Part shown: piece by piece, positions 45,929-58,475 of the stretch
Layout: every line of letters begins with the position of its first letter
How positions within the stretch are numbered: the first letter of the stretch is position 1
Position numbers and translations under genes: made by a program
Origin: Folioceros fuciformis
Taxonomy: Eukaryota
Length of the DNA: 64,000 bases
Direction of reading: 5' to 3'
Assembly: GCA_049999805.1 (NCBI GenBank)
Contig: JBNGIO010005977.1
Span: forward strand, 42,077-106,076
Notes under the pieces: generated by a model
Told to the model about the DNA's origin: nothing
Seen by the model: the letters and a program-made list of their open reading frames with translations, nothing else
The model's database searches: none

Positions 45929-48900
45929 ATAAATACCCCCTTGAGCTCCCTTGCTATTGAGACTCATTGTGAGAGTGTGACCTCTCTTTCTCCTCTCCTC
46001 CTCTCCTCCTTCACCATGTAGCTCCTATAGAGATCCTACAAGTGGTATCAGAGCTTGGTGTGGAGCTTGGTTTTGTGGAGCAACAAGGCGTGTGGTATGG
46101 AGGAGTGGGCTGCGAAGCCTGGTCAGGGCGCTGTTACCTTGTTCGCGCACATGGCGGTGTGTAAAGCCTAGCAACGTGGAGCATCGAGGAGGGCGCCACA
46201 GTGCCACCCCGCAGCTCGAGGTGCTACCCCAGAGCGGGTGCAGAAGGGCGTGGGCAGCTGCAGCGGACAGGCCGCCGGGGCGCAACGAGGGCCGCCGGGG
46301 CGTAGGAGGGCGCCGTGCCGCCAGGCCCGCGGGGGGTAGGCAGGCTCAAGTGGCCAGGCCACCCCGCCCAGCCTCCCGCAAGGGGGCGGGGGCAGGCCCT
46401 AGGCCGGGGCGGCAAGGCGCCCGTCTGCTAGCGAGGGCGTCACGGAGGACGCCAGGATGCCGCCGGGGTGCCAGGCCTCCCCAGGCGGGAGGGGTGCCAG
46501 GCCGGCAAGCCACCCAGGACGCCAAGGGCCCTGAAGGTGCCCCCGTCAAGGGCGCCTGACCCTGGGCGCCAACTGATCGTGCCTGCTGGGCGTTGGCCCT
46601 CTGAATCATCGGGCTTGGGCCTCACCTGAATGTGGGGCGTCGTTGGAGCGTGGGCGTCACAGCCGCCGAGCGCCGGTGAGCGAATGCCGCATTGCGGTCA
46701 CCAGAGTGCTGACGCCGAGAGCAAGAGTGCGGGACCGAACCGATCCCAGCCACAAAAGTCAAGATCTCGATCGAACAACGGGAGATATTCCACTTGTGAG
46801 CGACCGAAGCCTAAATTGTGGACAGCTGTTTCGTTTTAAGGGTAACTTTTTACATTTCAACCGCTTTGTAACTAGCCTTTTGGTTGATTTGCATCGACTT
46901 TGAAACATGATGTCCTCAGGAAATGTCATGTTCAATATCGAGAAGTTAGACGGTACTAACTTCCCATTCTGGAAAGAACAAGTGTATAATGTTCTAGTAC
47001 AGAAGAAGCAGATCAAGCCCATTAAGCTACTAGGAGTGAAACCTATTAGCATGACTCAGGATGAGTGGCAGGATGTAGAAGGTAGCCTGTTAACAGAGGA
47101 GGTGAACAAGAAGAATATGGAACCCTTGAAAGATTCCAATGCCCTCATGATGAGAGGAAGGTCCACTTCAAAGGGGAAGGACAAGGAGCGAAGTCTTTCC
47201 CATAGTAAGTCTCGCAGTTGTAACAATGTTGAGTGTTACCATTGTCACAAGAAGGGTCACATCAGAAGGGACTGCAAGAAGTTCAAGAAAGGACAAAGAA
47301 AAGAAAAAGAAGCAAAGCGACAACAAGGCAAGTCTGAGTGTCAAGCATGACGAGGTGAACTCTGTTGATGATGGAGATGTTCTTACCTCTTCTTCCTTCA
47401 ATTCTGCACAACTGACAGCCGTGGAGAGTCACTTATTCTCTAATTGGATAATTAACTCTGGAGCATCTTTCCATATTACTCCGCATAGCGAGTGGTTTAG
47501 CACCTATGATGCTACTAGGAAAGGATGTGTTCGGCTTGGAAATAACTATGCATGCGAGATTGCAGGCGTTAGGGATGTGCAGCTGAAGTTCGACAATGGA
47601 TCTTCATTCGCACTGAAGGATGTTAGGCATGTTCCGAAGTAGACAAAAAACAAGATTAGTACAAGACAGTTGGATGACGCTGGCTACCACTGTTGGTTTG
47701 GAGATCATTCTTGGAAGATCTCCAAAGGTTCTTTTGTGTTAGCTCGTGGATCGAAGTGTGGCACTTTATACTCACTTCAGGTAACTATTGTCAAGGATCA
47801 TGTGACTTGTGTTACGGAACAGCCAAGTGTTTCCTTGTGGCATAGTCGGTTAGGACATATGTCTAAAAAAGGAATGAAGATCCTATCTTGTTTTGGTCAC
47901 GTCCCTGCTTTTCACTTCTCTGATTTCTCCGTGTGTGAGCACTGTTTGTATAGGAAACAGACGAAGTCACCACATGGAGCAAGATGTAAACACAAAAGTA
48001 AACCTCTTAAGTTGGTTCACAGTGATGTTTGTAGACCTATGCCCACTGTATCGTTAGGCGGTGCATCTTATTTTGTCACTTTCATAGATGATTTCTCACG
48101 CAAGGTGTGGGTTTATCCTTTGAGGAGAAAGGATGATGTTCTGACAGTGTTTCAGAAATTCATCACCCTTGTGGAGAATCAGTTTGGCCTCCAACTGAAG
48201 TGTCTAAGGACAGACAATGGGGGAGAGTATGTTTTGAAGGCTTTCCAGTCATTCTGTGATTCCAAGGGAATCAAGAGAGAATTGACTGCGCCGTATACTT
48301 GTTCCTAACATGGTGTGGTTGAACGGATGAACAGAACCATCCAGGAGAGGATGCGTAGTTTGTTGTCAAACTTTGTATTGCCTAATAGATTTTGGGTAGA
48401 AGCAGTGGTTACTGCGGTGCATCTTATTAACAGATCTCGTAATAGGGCTGTGGATGAATAGGTTCCAAAGGAGATGTGGTCTAGAAAGAAGCTGTCATAC
48501 AAGCATCTACGAGTGTTTGGCTGTGAGGCATACTACCATGTTCTGAAGGAGTTTCGGGACAAGTTGGCACCCAAGTCCAAGAAATGTATTTTTCTTGGCT
48601 ATGGTGAGCTTGGTGAGATGGGATACTGTCTATGGGATCCAAAGGCCAAGAAAATGGTTCGCAGCAATGACGTGTTCTTCAATGAGGCCAAGATGCACAA
48701 GAAGCCTACTCCAACAGTGGAGGTGCGACAGGCGGTCTTCCAAGAAGATGGACTTGACCGTCCCACGCAGGTTGAACGACGTGATGTGCAGGAACCAATT
48801 CCTCCACTTGTAGAAGAGGAGAGAGTGCAACCAACTCCGGTCGAGGCGCCATTGCTTCGTAGGTCAGGAAGGATTTCACGTCCTCCTGACATGTATGTTG

Positions 48901-50803
48901 CATCTCTTGATTATGTCATGCTGACGGATTGTGGGGAGCCCTCTTGTTATGAAGAGGCCATGTGAGTGACTGACAAGGACAAGTGGGAGAAGGCAATGCA
49001 GTCGCAGAAGGGTTCGCTCCATAAGAACCAAACTTGGGAGTTGGTTCGGTTGCCTAGGGGCAAGAAGGCGTTGCCATGCAAATGGATGTATAAGATGAAG
49101 GACATACCCCCATTATGGCAAACCCAAGTACAAGGCACGATTGGTTGCTAAGGGTTTTAAGCAACAGCAAGGTATTGACTTTGATGAGATTTTCTCGCTA
49201 GTTGTCAAAATGACCACCTTGCGATGTGTTCTTGGTCAAGTTGCGAGACACGACATGGAAATTATCCAAATGGATGTGAAGTCGGCATGGTGATCTCCTG
49301 CAAGAGGTATACATGGAGCAACCAGAGGGTTTTATTGAGAAAGGCAAAGAGAGTCTGGTGTACAGGTTAAAGAAGAGCCTTTATGGTTTGAAGCTGGCAA
49401 CCAGGGAGTGGTATTACAAGTTCCACTCATTTATGCTTTCTCAAGGCTACAAGCGTAGCGTTGAGGATTATTGCCTTTATACGAAGCAAGCTAAGGATGG
49501 AAGCTTGCTCATTCTGGTCCTCTATGTGGATTATATGCTAATTGCTGGGACTAACAGTGATGAAATTTCAGCGTTGAAGTCAAAGTTGAATGCTCGCTTT
49601 GACATGATAGACTTGGGAGAGGCAAGCCATATTCTTGGCATGCGTATTCGTCGAGACAGACAGAAGCGTTGCTTTACTTGTCTCAGACTGAATACATTAA
49701 CAAGGTGCTTCAACGTTTCAACATGGAGAAGGGGAAGGTATTGAGTACTCCGTTGCCTCCATATGTGAAACTTTCAAGCAAGGATTGCCTAAGCTCTGCG
49801 GAGGACAAAGCTGAAATGGAGAAGGTTCCATACTCATCAGCTGTAGGGAGTTTGATGTATGCACTGATTGCTACACGTCCTGACATTGCCTTTGCAGTGG
49901 GAGTGGTTAGCAGGTTTATGTCAAACCCTGGCAGGAAGCATTGAGAGGCAGTGAAAGGAGTTATGAGGTACTTGAATGGTACAAAAGCTTTGTGCTTATG
50001 TTTTGGTAGTGAAGATGCATCTGTAGCGGGATATACGGATGTTGATTATGTAGGGGATATGGATAAAAGGAGGTCCACATCAGGTTATGTCTTCATGTGC
50101 ACTGGAGGGGCAGTCTCATGGCGATCTTGTTTGCAATCGTGCATAACGCTATCTACCATAGAGGCCGAGTATGTTGCAGCGACTAAGGCTTGCAAGGAAG
50201 CCATGTGGCTTGATCGTTTAGTGGAAGATTTGGGGATCAAGGTTGAGCTGCTAGTGTTGCATTGTGATAGCCAGAGTGCTATCCAGTTGGCGAAGAATCC
50301 AATGTTTCATGCGAAGACCAAACATGTGGAAGTGAAGTATCACTTCATTCGATAGGTGTTGGAAAACAAGAGGGTACAGCTTGTCAAAGTTCACACCAGT
50401 CAAAACCCTGCAGATGTTCTTACCAAAGAGCTCTCTACGAAGCAATTCGCACAAGCACGAACACTCATGGGCATGAGATAGACCACTCTCTTATGAAGGT
50501 AAATTGGCCTTTAAGTGGGAGGTTGTAGGGTTATTAAAGCCCAATGTGCTTAGACTAATGTGTTTAGTCTAAGATTAGTGACTAGTTAAGTACCATTAGT
50601 TTAGATTAGCTTAAGCTAATCTGTAGGAAGCTTCTTGCGCAGCTTCCTGTGGGCTTCTTCTGAAGCTTCTTAGGGAGCTCTTCTAGAGGGTATAAATACC
50701 CCATTGAGCTCCCTTGCTATTGAGACTCATTGTGAGAGTGTGACCTCTCTTTCTCCTCTCCTTCTCTCCTCCTTCACCATGTAGCTCTTGTAGAGATCCT
50801 ACA
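45929..50803 (+). mobile_element. Ty1/copia LTR retrotransposon (decayed; truncated 5' LTR, internally deleted gag)
   Basis: Partial 5' LTR 45929-46040, PBS TGGTATCAGAGC 46043-46054, and gag-pol about 46907-50481 (IEKLDGTNF, CYHCHKKGHIRRDC, WIINSGASFH, LVHSDVC, LRTDNGGEY, LVLYVDYMLI, RRSTSGY, KHVEVKYHFIR). PPT AAGTGGGAG precedes the 3' LTR 50524-50803 with TGTAGG...CCTACA ends. Confidence 0.93.
50524..50803 (+). repeat. 3' LTR of the copia element
   Basis: The last ~112 nt match 45929-46040 with 4 mismatches counted by eye; it has inverted termini. Confidence 0.9.
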
Positions 50804-53800
50804 GGTGTTGTTTAGGCTAGGAACCATGAGGGAAGCCAACGGGTGGCTGGCCAGGGATCTGGCAACAGCCCAGCTGATGGGGCTAGCAAGATGGTTCCTT
50901 TGCTTCCTACAGATCAGGAAGCAAGATTACCTCTCTGACCAGATGGTGTTGTTCCTGCATGAGGTGGTCAAAGGCAGCCAGGTGGATTGGGCCAGGAACC
51001 TGTATGACAGGATGAGTGAAGAAAGGCAGAACCTCGCCTCCTACTCACCCCGACCTTCACTAATCTCTCTGTTCCTTGTTCATTTTTATTGCCATGCTAA
51101 TCTCTTGACTGAGGTGGAGGTGGTCGCCTCGTTGCACATGTGGAAGCCACTCAGGGACATCAAATGGAAGCCGGCGGAGCCCAAGGAAGTGGACTCCAGT
51201 AGCTGGGAAGCAAGGGCAACCGGAAGCTCACAGGAAGAGGTCCCGATCGGCACGAAAAGGAAAATTGGGACGGGTCGGAGGACCCCAGCCAAGAGGAGGA
51301 GGACTGCAGGGCCGGTTGAGAAGAGGAAGGGGAAGGAGTCGGAACAGGAGGATGTCCAGGAGCAGCCCGATGTCCGGGAGGCGGAACAGGCTGAAGGAGA
51401 ACAATGGCCGACTCAGGGAAAACTATCAGAGGGGTACGTGAATTTACCAGGGGTGGAGGCCGAGTTAGGGCTGGCTTGTGTACAAGAACCCTTCCAAGGC
51501 TGGGAAGGAACTTTCGGGAATGGCTCCTTGACACAGGTGGAGAACCTGGTGAAAGTTCGGGAGCTGCTGGGACATAAGGTCATTGGGCTGAGAATGTCTT
51601 TGCAGGAAGAGACCCAGTAGGTTGACTTGTTAGGTCTGACTACATCAATGGTTCAAACCCAGGCAGAGCTATTGGATCAGGCAGCCCGGGCCTTAACCTA
51701 GTTGAGTATGCAGGGTGAACAAGAGGCCAACAGTCGGGCAAAGTTGGCCGAATTTGAGGTGAGTGGACAGCTTTTGGAGGAGACTCGACGAACCCTGGGT
51801 GCGGCTAAGGAGCAGGCTAAGGAGGAAAATTGCCAGATGAGGAAGGAGATTCACACGCTGAAGGAGCAGCAAGAGGCACTCCTAGCTCAGGTGAGGGAAG
51901 CTCATGGGACTAACTAAGAAATGCAGTAGGAGGTATTGTGAGCCCATGAGTAGGAAGCGTCTGTAGTGGAGCGAATGCAGAAGTTGGTGGAAAGGTATAG
52001 GCGAGAGCAGGATGAGGCCCGAGACAAGGTGAAGGGGAAGGCCCGGGTCCGGCGTGGTAGTCGAGTCACAACGCCGGTAGCTGAAGAAGCTACCGGTCGT
52101 GTAGCTACAATGCCGGTAGCCAAAGAAGCTACCGGTCATGGAAGTGCAACGCCGGTAGCCGAGACCCCAAACTAGGTAGTTGAAGAGGCGCCTGTGGAGG
52201 AACCCACCATTCAGAAGTTTGGCAAAGCAACCCGCACCAGGAGAACGGGCCATGGAGGAGCCACAACTGGAGGGTTGGAAGATCCTCCGGCACCTCCGAG
52301 TGATAGAGGGCAAGCGGCCCGTGGTAGCCCACGGGAGGAGGGGGTAAGCACTTCCTTTGCAATAGATAATCAGGTTGTGTTGCACTACCTAGGGGAGGAC
52401 ACTTATGTGCTCGGCCTCTATGTGGATGGAGCCCATGTGCTGAAGTTGACTGTACATGTGCGTATGGGCCTAGGAGGGACAAGGGGCTATTGCTTGCAGC
52501 TAAGGACCCACAGGGGGTCCTTCTTCCACTGTTGTCGGGTATGGGGACTGCCACACTATTACACTGAAGTAGTCTTTGAAGAGCTTATGGAGGAGGAGGC
52601 GCAAGCGTGGGTCGACAGGGAGCCGGTCCTTGTCCTCAGCAACAGGTCCCAGGAAGTAAGGAGAAGTCCACCACGGTAGGACCCACCCGTGCCGCTGCCG
52701 CCAGAAGGTAAGAAGTGACAGCAAGGTGGAGATCCTCTGGGAGGACCTGCTTGATTAGAGGAAAGGGAGAAGAGCCAGAGGAGGTTGGGCAGGAGGAAGA
52801 GTGAGAGGAGGAAGGGCAAGAGGAGGAAGAGTGAGGGGAGCAGAAGGAAGGCGGCCGCGGAGGTGAAAATAGGCAGTAGTAATTGCATCCTAGATCTGTA
52901 TCATAGACAATCTCTAGGAAATGCTTTTCTCGGACGTGACACTATGTTCCATTAAGAGCCCCTCCCCTGTCCGCAAAACCATACCTTAATGGCGGCCGCG
53001 GACCCGCCCCTGGTGATGTATAAGGGGCTTGATGACGCCTTGCAAGTGAGCAAAGCAAAGATCGACACTTCGACTTGCAGGCCTAGCGATGACCACTGCT
53101 GGATAGGGAGATCCAAGCAGGCGAGTGCACGCAAAGTACCTGGGTGTGGTTGGCGAAGTTGCATTGTTCCGTAACAGCGGACCAGGGGGCAAATCAGGAG
53201 GAGGGACCTCACCGAGTGAAAGCTTGCTTCCCTACTACCCCAAGTATCCCCCTGTTGCGAGAGTTGATGGGATCGTGAGGGAACGAATCCGCTAGCTGCG
53301 GAGTGAAGCGGGCAACTGTGTTCCTTATTTCCTGATACCCTTTAGCTCTTCTAAAACTAGAGAAGGAGAGGCGTGAGTGAGAGAGGCGGAGGCCCGGTGG
53401 AAGGCAAAGCGAGGAGGGAGAACCAAGGATGGTGAACTGAGTGTGTTGAGTGTGCGAAGAAAATCGTGGACAGCGTGTGAGAGAGAGGAGAGAAACGTGT
53501 TGGTGAAATTGAGCAAAGGTCGCGACGGGAAGACGGCGTGCGCCTGAGAATCGCGGTGGCAGCGACGGAGGGAAGTCTAAGGTACGAGTGGATCTGTGAG
53601 GAGTAGACGCGGGTCTGAGAGGTAAGGGAGTGGCTGATGCATGGGGAATTGACGAGTGGGAAGGTGGAGTATAAGAAAACTTGTAAGCGGGAGTCTAGCC
53701 GGGTTGTAGCAAGATTGGGTGTGAAGCATAAACGGTGTGTGACGGTGCCTGGGTTGAGTGTTTGGCGGAAGCGTGAGCCTAAGAAACGAGGCGATGGGTA

Positions 53801-55190
53801 GCCTGTGCATGGACGCCGCGCTGGCAGTGGTCGAGGCCTATGGTGTGTGTGCGTGGATGATGTTTAGAGAGTGTGGCTGTGAGTGAGTGTGAGGGTGGTG
53901 AGGGAGCTCTAAACGCAAACCAGCCGCGACGGGAGTGGGTGAGAGTATCTAGGAAGTGACTCCGTGAAGTCGTAGGGTCTTGGGCAGTAGTGAACCCCGT
54001 GACACTAAGCGAGATCCGAGGTTATTGGAAGGGCAAGTCGCCAGGGTAGAGAGAGAGAGAAAGAGTGAGGGTGAAAGTGGGGCCCAGCGGGGTAGCCGGA
54101 TTCACGATCGTCGTAGAGTGTCCCTAGGGGTTGCTGAGGACTAAGATAGTCCATGACTGGAAGTTGAGGAGGCCCCGGGTAGTGGAGCGGGCCGACGGGA
54201 AAGTTCTAGTCTAAGGTAGTAGGGTCGCAACGAAAGTAGTTGAACGACAATGACGGTAGTGGTAGTTGCACAGTAGGTAGGTGAAGACTGACTCGGTATG
54301 AATAATCAGAGAGTAGGCTAGGGAGTGGTCCACTTGTTGTGGTAGTGGAATAAGACGATTAATTAAACTCCTGCACAAAAAGAACATCTTCAATACCCAC
54401 TGGCACACCGTTTCGACCACCTACCCAACGGCCTCATGACTAATGTGTCGCTTCGTATTTATGTTTATTTATATGCCTATATACGGTTGTATGCGGGAAT
54501 ATACGCGAACACTCGGGAAGTAAACGACTTTTAGAGGAAACCTGTGTTATATAACAAAAATCATTCCCTTGGGATCGAATCCCATGGCTACAACGACATA
54601 GAGGGTTTGTGTGGACCTCGCAGCACCCGCGGATGCAATATTTTCCCCCACAAATAGTCTAGGTGATCAGAAATTAGAGGTGACCCCTTCTTGGCAGCAT
54701 ACGCAAGTCACTTGTTCTTATAGGTAGTGTTCTCTAGATTATTTCTGCTAGTGGCTCTAAGTTACTTGTGGTAGTATATAATGACTACTTGTGGTATTGT
54801 GTATATGGCAATTGAAATTATTAGCAATCTCTTCTAAGTAATGTCTATCACCACTTCAATCTGTTAGCAAGCTCTCATTGGCAGTAAGTCTAGGCTACTT
54901 ACACCAATGGCTCTGCAGTACTTGCATTGTTGTGACCAAGCTACTTGTATCGGTGGTCCATCTTTAGAAGATTCAACAACAACAATGACATCAAAGGTGT
55001 GGGCCTCACGTTTCCACCCAAGATGTAAAGCAAGATAGACCCAAATAGCGTCAAACATCAACCTCAAACCGAAATAGGCATAGCTTGATAGTTTTGTATT
55101 TAAGTCATATGGTGCTTTATGCTTCCATGTCATTTTCTTCTCAAGGGTTTACTTCTAAACTTCTTTGAGAACTTAGAGTAGTTTTTCACA

Positions 55191-56574
55191 ATGGCTCCAA
55201 TTACTTTGGTGTTAGGGCTATTGTTTTTGACAATTTGTTTTTGCTGTGATAGCTTGGCACTTGAGTCTAAGCACATAGTGCAAAAGTACGTTTATCCACC
55301 TCGTCCACTTACAACAACTCTACTGAAAGGGGATGTAGTGGGAGCACCAAGTGAAAAAGTGTCTGTGGGTTTGGATTCTGATGCAAATTATAGAACTATT
55401 CAAGCTGCAATTGATGATGTGCCCAACAATAACCAAGAGAGAGTTGTCATCAATATCGCAACTGAAACTTACAAGTGAGGAATGCGAGTTTTTTTTTTAA
55501 TGTTTCTTGTGATATATGGTTTTCAAGTACTGTTAAGTGATTTGGTTTTTATGTAGAGAAAAAATACTTATCCCATCGAACAAGCCCATGATCACATTGA
55601 AAGGATCTGAAAAAAAGAAGACTACAATTGTATGGAAGGACAATGCAAACTCGACAGGGAGCACTTCTAATAGTGCAACAGTCACTATCCAAGCAGATCT
55701 TTTTGAGGCACATAATATCCGTTTTAAGGTGGGTTCCATCTCTTCTCTTTTACAACACTACGTATGTCTATGTTTTGATATTTTTAATTTTTTTTGTAAT
55801 TTTATAGAATTCAGCAAAAAAGGCAAAACCTGGACAAGTGGGTGCACAAGCAGTTGCTCTCCTAATTGAGGGTGACAAAGCTAAATTTGATTCTTGTGTA
55901 TTTGAATCATCCCAAGATACTATGTATGACAAAGCAGGGCAAGGGCAACCCTACTTTACAAAAAGCAAAATTATTGGGAATATCAACATGATTTGTGGCA
56001 ATGGGTAATCCTCATATAAGGTAAAGACTAGCATAAATACTAGAAAGTATTTGCAAAATATCTTTCAAATTGGTTTTATCAACATACAATGATACTGAGT
56101 TTGTGCCTCCACAAGATTGTGAGCTTCATTCTATTGCAAACAAACATGGTGGATCTTTTACAGCACAAAAAAAAGATGATGCTTCTGATAGCACAGGATT
56201 CTCTCTCGTAAATTGCAAGCTCACGGGATCAAGTTCCAATAACTTGGGAAGGGCTTGGGGTATAGCATCAAGAGGGGTATTTGCACATACTCATATTCAC
56301 GATATAATTAATGAAGAGCAACCATGGACAGATTGGGACGATTCGACCAAAGATGCGTAAGTTCTAGTTTTGACTTACACTATCTCATATTAGGTGGCTT
56401 TACATTAAGTATTTATTTGTAAAGTGTTGCAGCACTATATTTTATGGGATGAATAAATGTTTTGGACCAGGAACTAATAATACTAATTTTCCAAGTTATG
56501 TACGAGAATTATCAAAGGAGGAAGCAAAATCATTTATGTCTCTGTCTTTTATAGATGGTGATAGTTGGATTTGA
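55191..56574 (+). pseudogene. Pectin methylesterase (no pro-domain), probable pseudogene
   Basis: Signal peptide, YRTIQAAIDDVP, EKILIPSNKPMITLKG, QAVALLIEGDKA, SSQDTMYD and LGRAWG. The conserved G-x-x-D-F-I-F-G reads GNINMICG and is followed by an in-frame TAA (56006-56008). Final stop 56572-56574. Confidence 0.85.
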
Positions 56575-57518
56575 CTTGCCTATGATGCTCTAGTTCATGA
56601 TTTAGTATTAGGGGCTAGCTCACTTCTAAGTAGATTTTGTTTAGGAAGATAGAATATCCTAATTAGCTTAGGTCTTTCTCTTTACAACAATGTCATCATT
56701 TCTTTAGTAAAACTATTGTTGTTATTAAAGAGACTTGAGAAGAGATTGCAAACATGGATTAAAATACAAAGGGTATAGTTTGAAGTGTTCTTTTAAGATG
56801 TCTCTTTCGACCTTGCTGATAATTCCAGTGGTCCATCGTATTCACATGAAGCACTATGCATGAAGCACTAGTGATTCTAGATGGAGATATCTTGGTGCTT
56901 ATCTCTATTGCCGCATATCATTTCAGCAAAGAAAAGTGGTATATTTGTTATTGTAGTGGATAATAATATTACCATGCACCTGAAGATAACTTAGGCCCTA
57001 AGATAAAATTATAGATGCTGAAGGTAACACCTTTATATGTTATCTTGTTGTGTTCGCAAATCAAATGGAATTGACATATCATGCAAAGATACAATGGGTT
57101 TGCTAGTTTGAAATCTATATGGTTAGCATTGTGTTGTTTAGTCACATCATAGCATGATGAGTCATCTTGTCTCCCAAATTTGAGAGAGCATTGATTTTTT
57201 TTTTCTTTCTTTCAGTGACCCGATGGCCCAATGTTGGTAAGTGGTCAACCAAATCCAAGAGAGCCAACCAAGGCTTCCCTTGTACTTGGCTGTGGCTTGT
57301 GTAAAATTCTCCGCATCAAGCTTTATACATCTTTCCAAACTTGACCGTATTTGTAGGCTGGGATGTCCACTCATGCCAGCTGTACCTGCCTTTTCATCTG
57401 CAACTTTGGCAGTTCCATGTTGCGGCTGCTGACAAGCCTTTGTTCCCTTGAGAGGACCTGGAGACGAGAGAAGTGGTTCTCGGTTTCAGTACATTAGGAC
57501 GTTAACACTTACATTCAG

Positions 57519-57583
57519 TGTGTTGACTGCAGGTTCCAATGTGTTGACTGCAGGTTCCAATGTGTTGACTGAATGTTCCAATG
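57519..57583. repeat. 21-bp tandem repeat, 3 copies
   Basis: TGTGTTGACTGCAGGTTCCAA. Confidence 0.8.
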
Positions 57584-58475
57584 TCTTCGGCCTAAACTTT
57601 GTCAGCTGGGCTTGGACGAGTTCTATGTGTGACGACGGTTTATCATCTACAGATAACTACGAACATGGCAATCTGTGTGGTGCTTATGTAGGCCTTTGTG
57701 CCCGTAGATCCATCCATGCTTTCCGATGACCGAGAAAACGGTATCACCTAGTCAGTTGACTTCGTTCTCTATAAACGGTGGAAGCTTTTCGACACTCTGC
57801 CTAGCTTACGTAGTCAGAAGTATGCGAGGTGTGTCTGACGTCTCGGCTTGAGGTCTTGCATCCACGGGGAACTTTGCGAGAACTCCTTCGTGAGAAAATA
57901 AGTGGGCAGAGAGGTTGGGCTCCCTGGAACGTCATTTGCAACGAGTGATTCGAATGCACGACAAGCTCCGACAAGGATCAATGAGCCCCACAGGAATACA
58001 TGTCAGTCAGCTCTGCAGCAACGAGCCCTTGCATCTAAGCTGTAACTAACCAGCTTTAGGTCACATCGACACATCAAGACGCACAGCAGCATAGCCTTCA
58101 CCAAGAAACCGACAGAGGGGTGAGAGGTAAGCTTGTGCCCACCACACGAACGTCATACATGAGTTGTTGCACTGCTCACTCAACCGCGTTGGATGGTCTG
58201 GTTTGAGACAAGGAAGAAGACTGGGGAGTGTGAGAGCGCCCAGATTGGCCGCGTGCTGCAGGTAATAGCTGTGTTGAAGGGCATGCCTCCACACTAAGGA
58301 GGGCAGCTCATTTTCCTACAGTGCTGCAGGGCACGTTTTCTACTCCAGGTAGATCGGTGACAGATCTACTATTGCATTCGCCCTAGTGACCAGTGACTAG
58401 TGAGAGTAGCCAAGGATCTGTAATTGGCAGGCAGAGGAGGGATATAGGTGTGATTGGAGGCTCTGGGCCTCACCC

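Larger units (their letters stand above)
39585..52679 (+). mobile_element. Decayed non-chromovirus Ty3/gypsy retrotransposon (gag-PR-RT-RH-INT to about 44904, then an extra ORF), interrupted by a copia element
   Basis: Gag knuckles (CSTCGQQGH, CTDCKQTRH), protease PLDIGSGVNIM, RT (YSFLDGYSGYNQ, VFLDDF), RNase H (YTTTEREALGMVYSVRKFRHYL), and integrase (FEKWGIDFVGP, LVSDRGIHF, PYNPKANGLTE, WMGPYRV). There are many stops, and LTRs were not confidently located. Confidence 0.88.

Noticed and set aside
46092..46640. GC-rich ORFs after the copia PBS
   Set aside because: This is the element's GC-rich 5' leader, and the ORFs are low-complexity artefacts.
52930..54350. Possible 3' LTR of the large gypsy element
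   Set aside because: It is purine-rich and TE-like, but I found no second copy, TG..CA pair or TSD to define it.
54570..54585. GGGATCGAATCCC as a B-box of a tRNA or SINE
   Set aside because: It is an isolated short hairpin with no A-box or tRNA fold.
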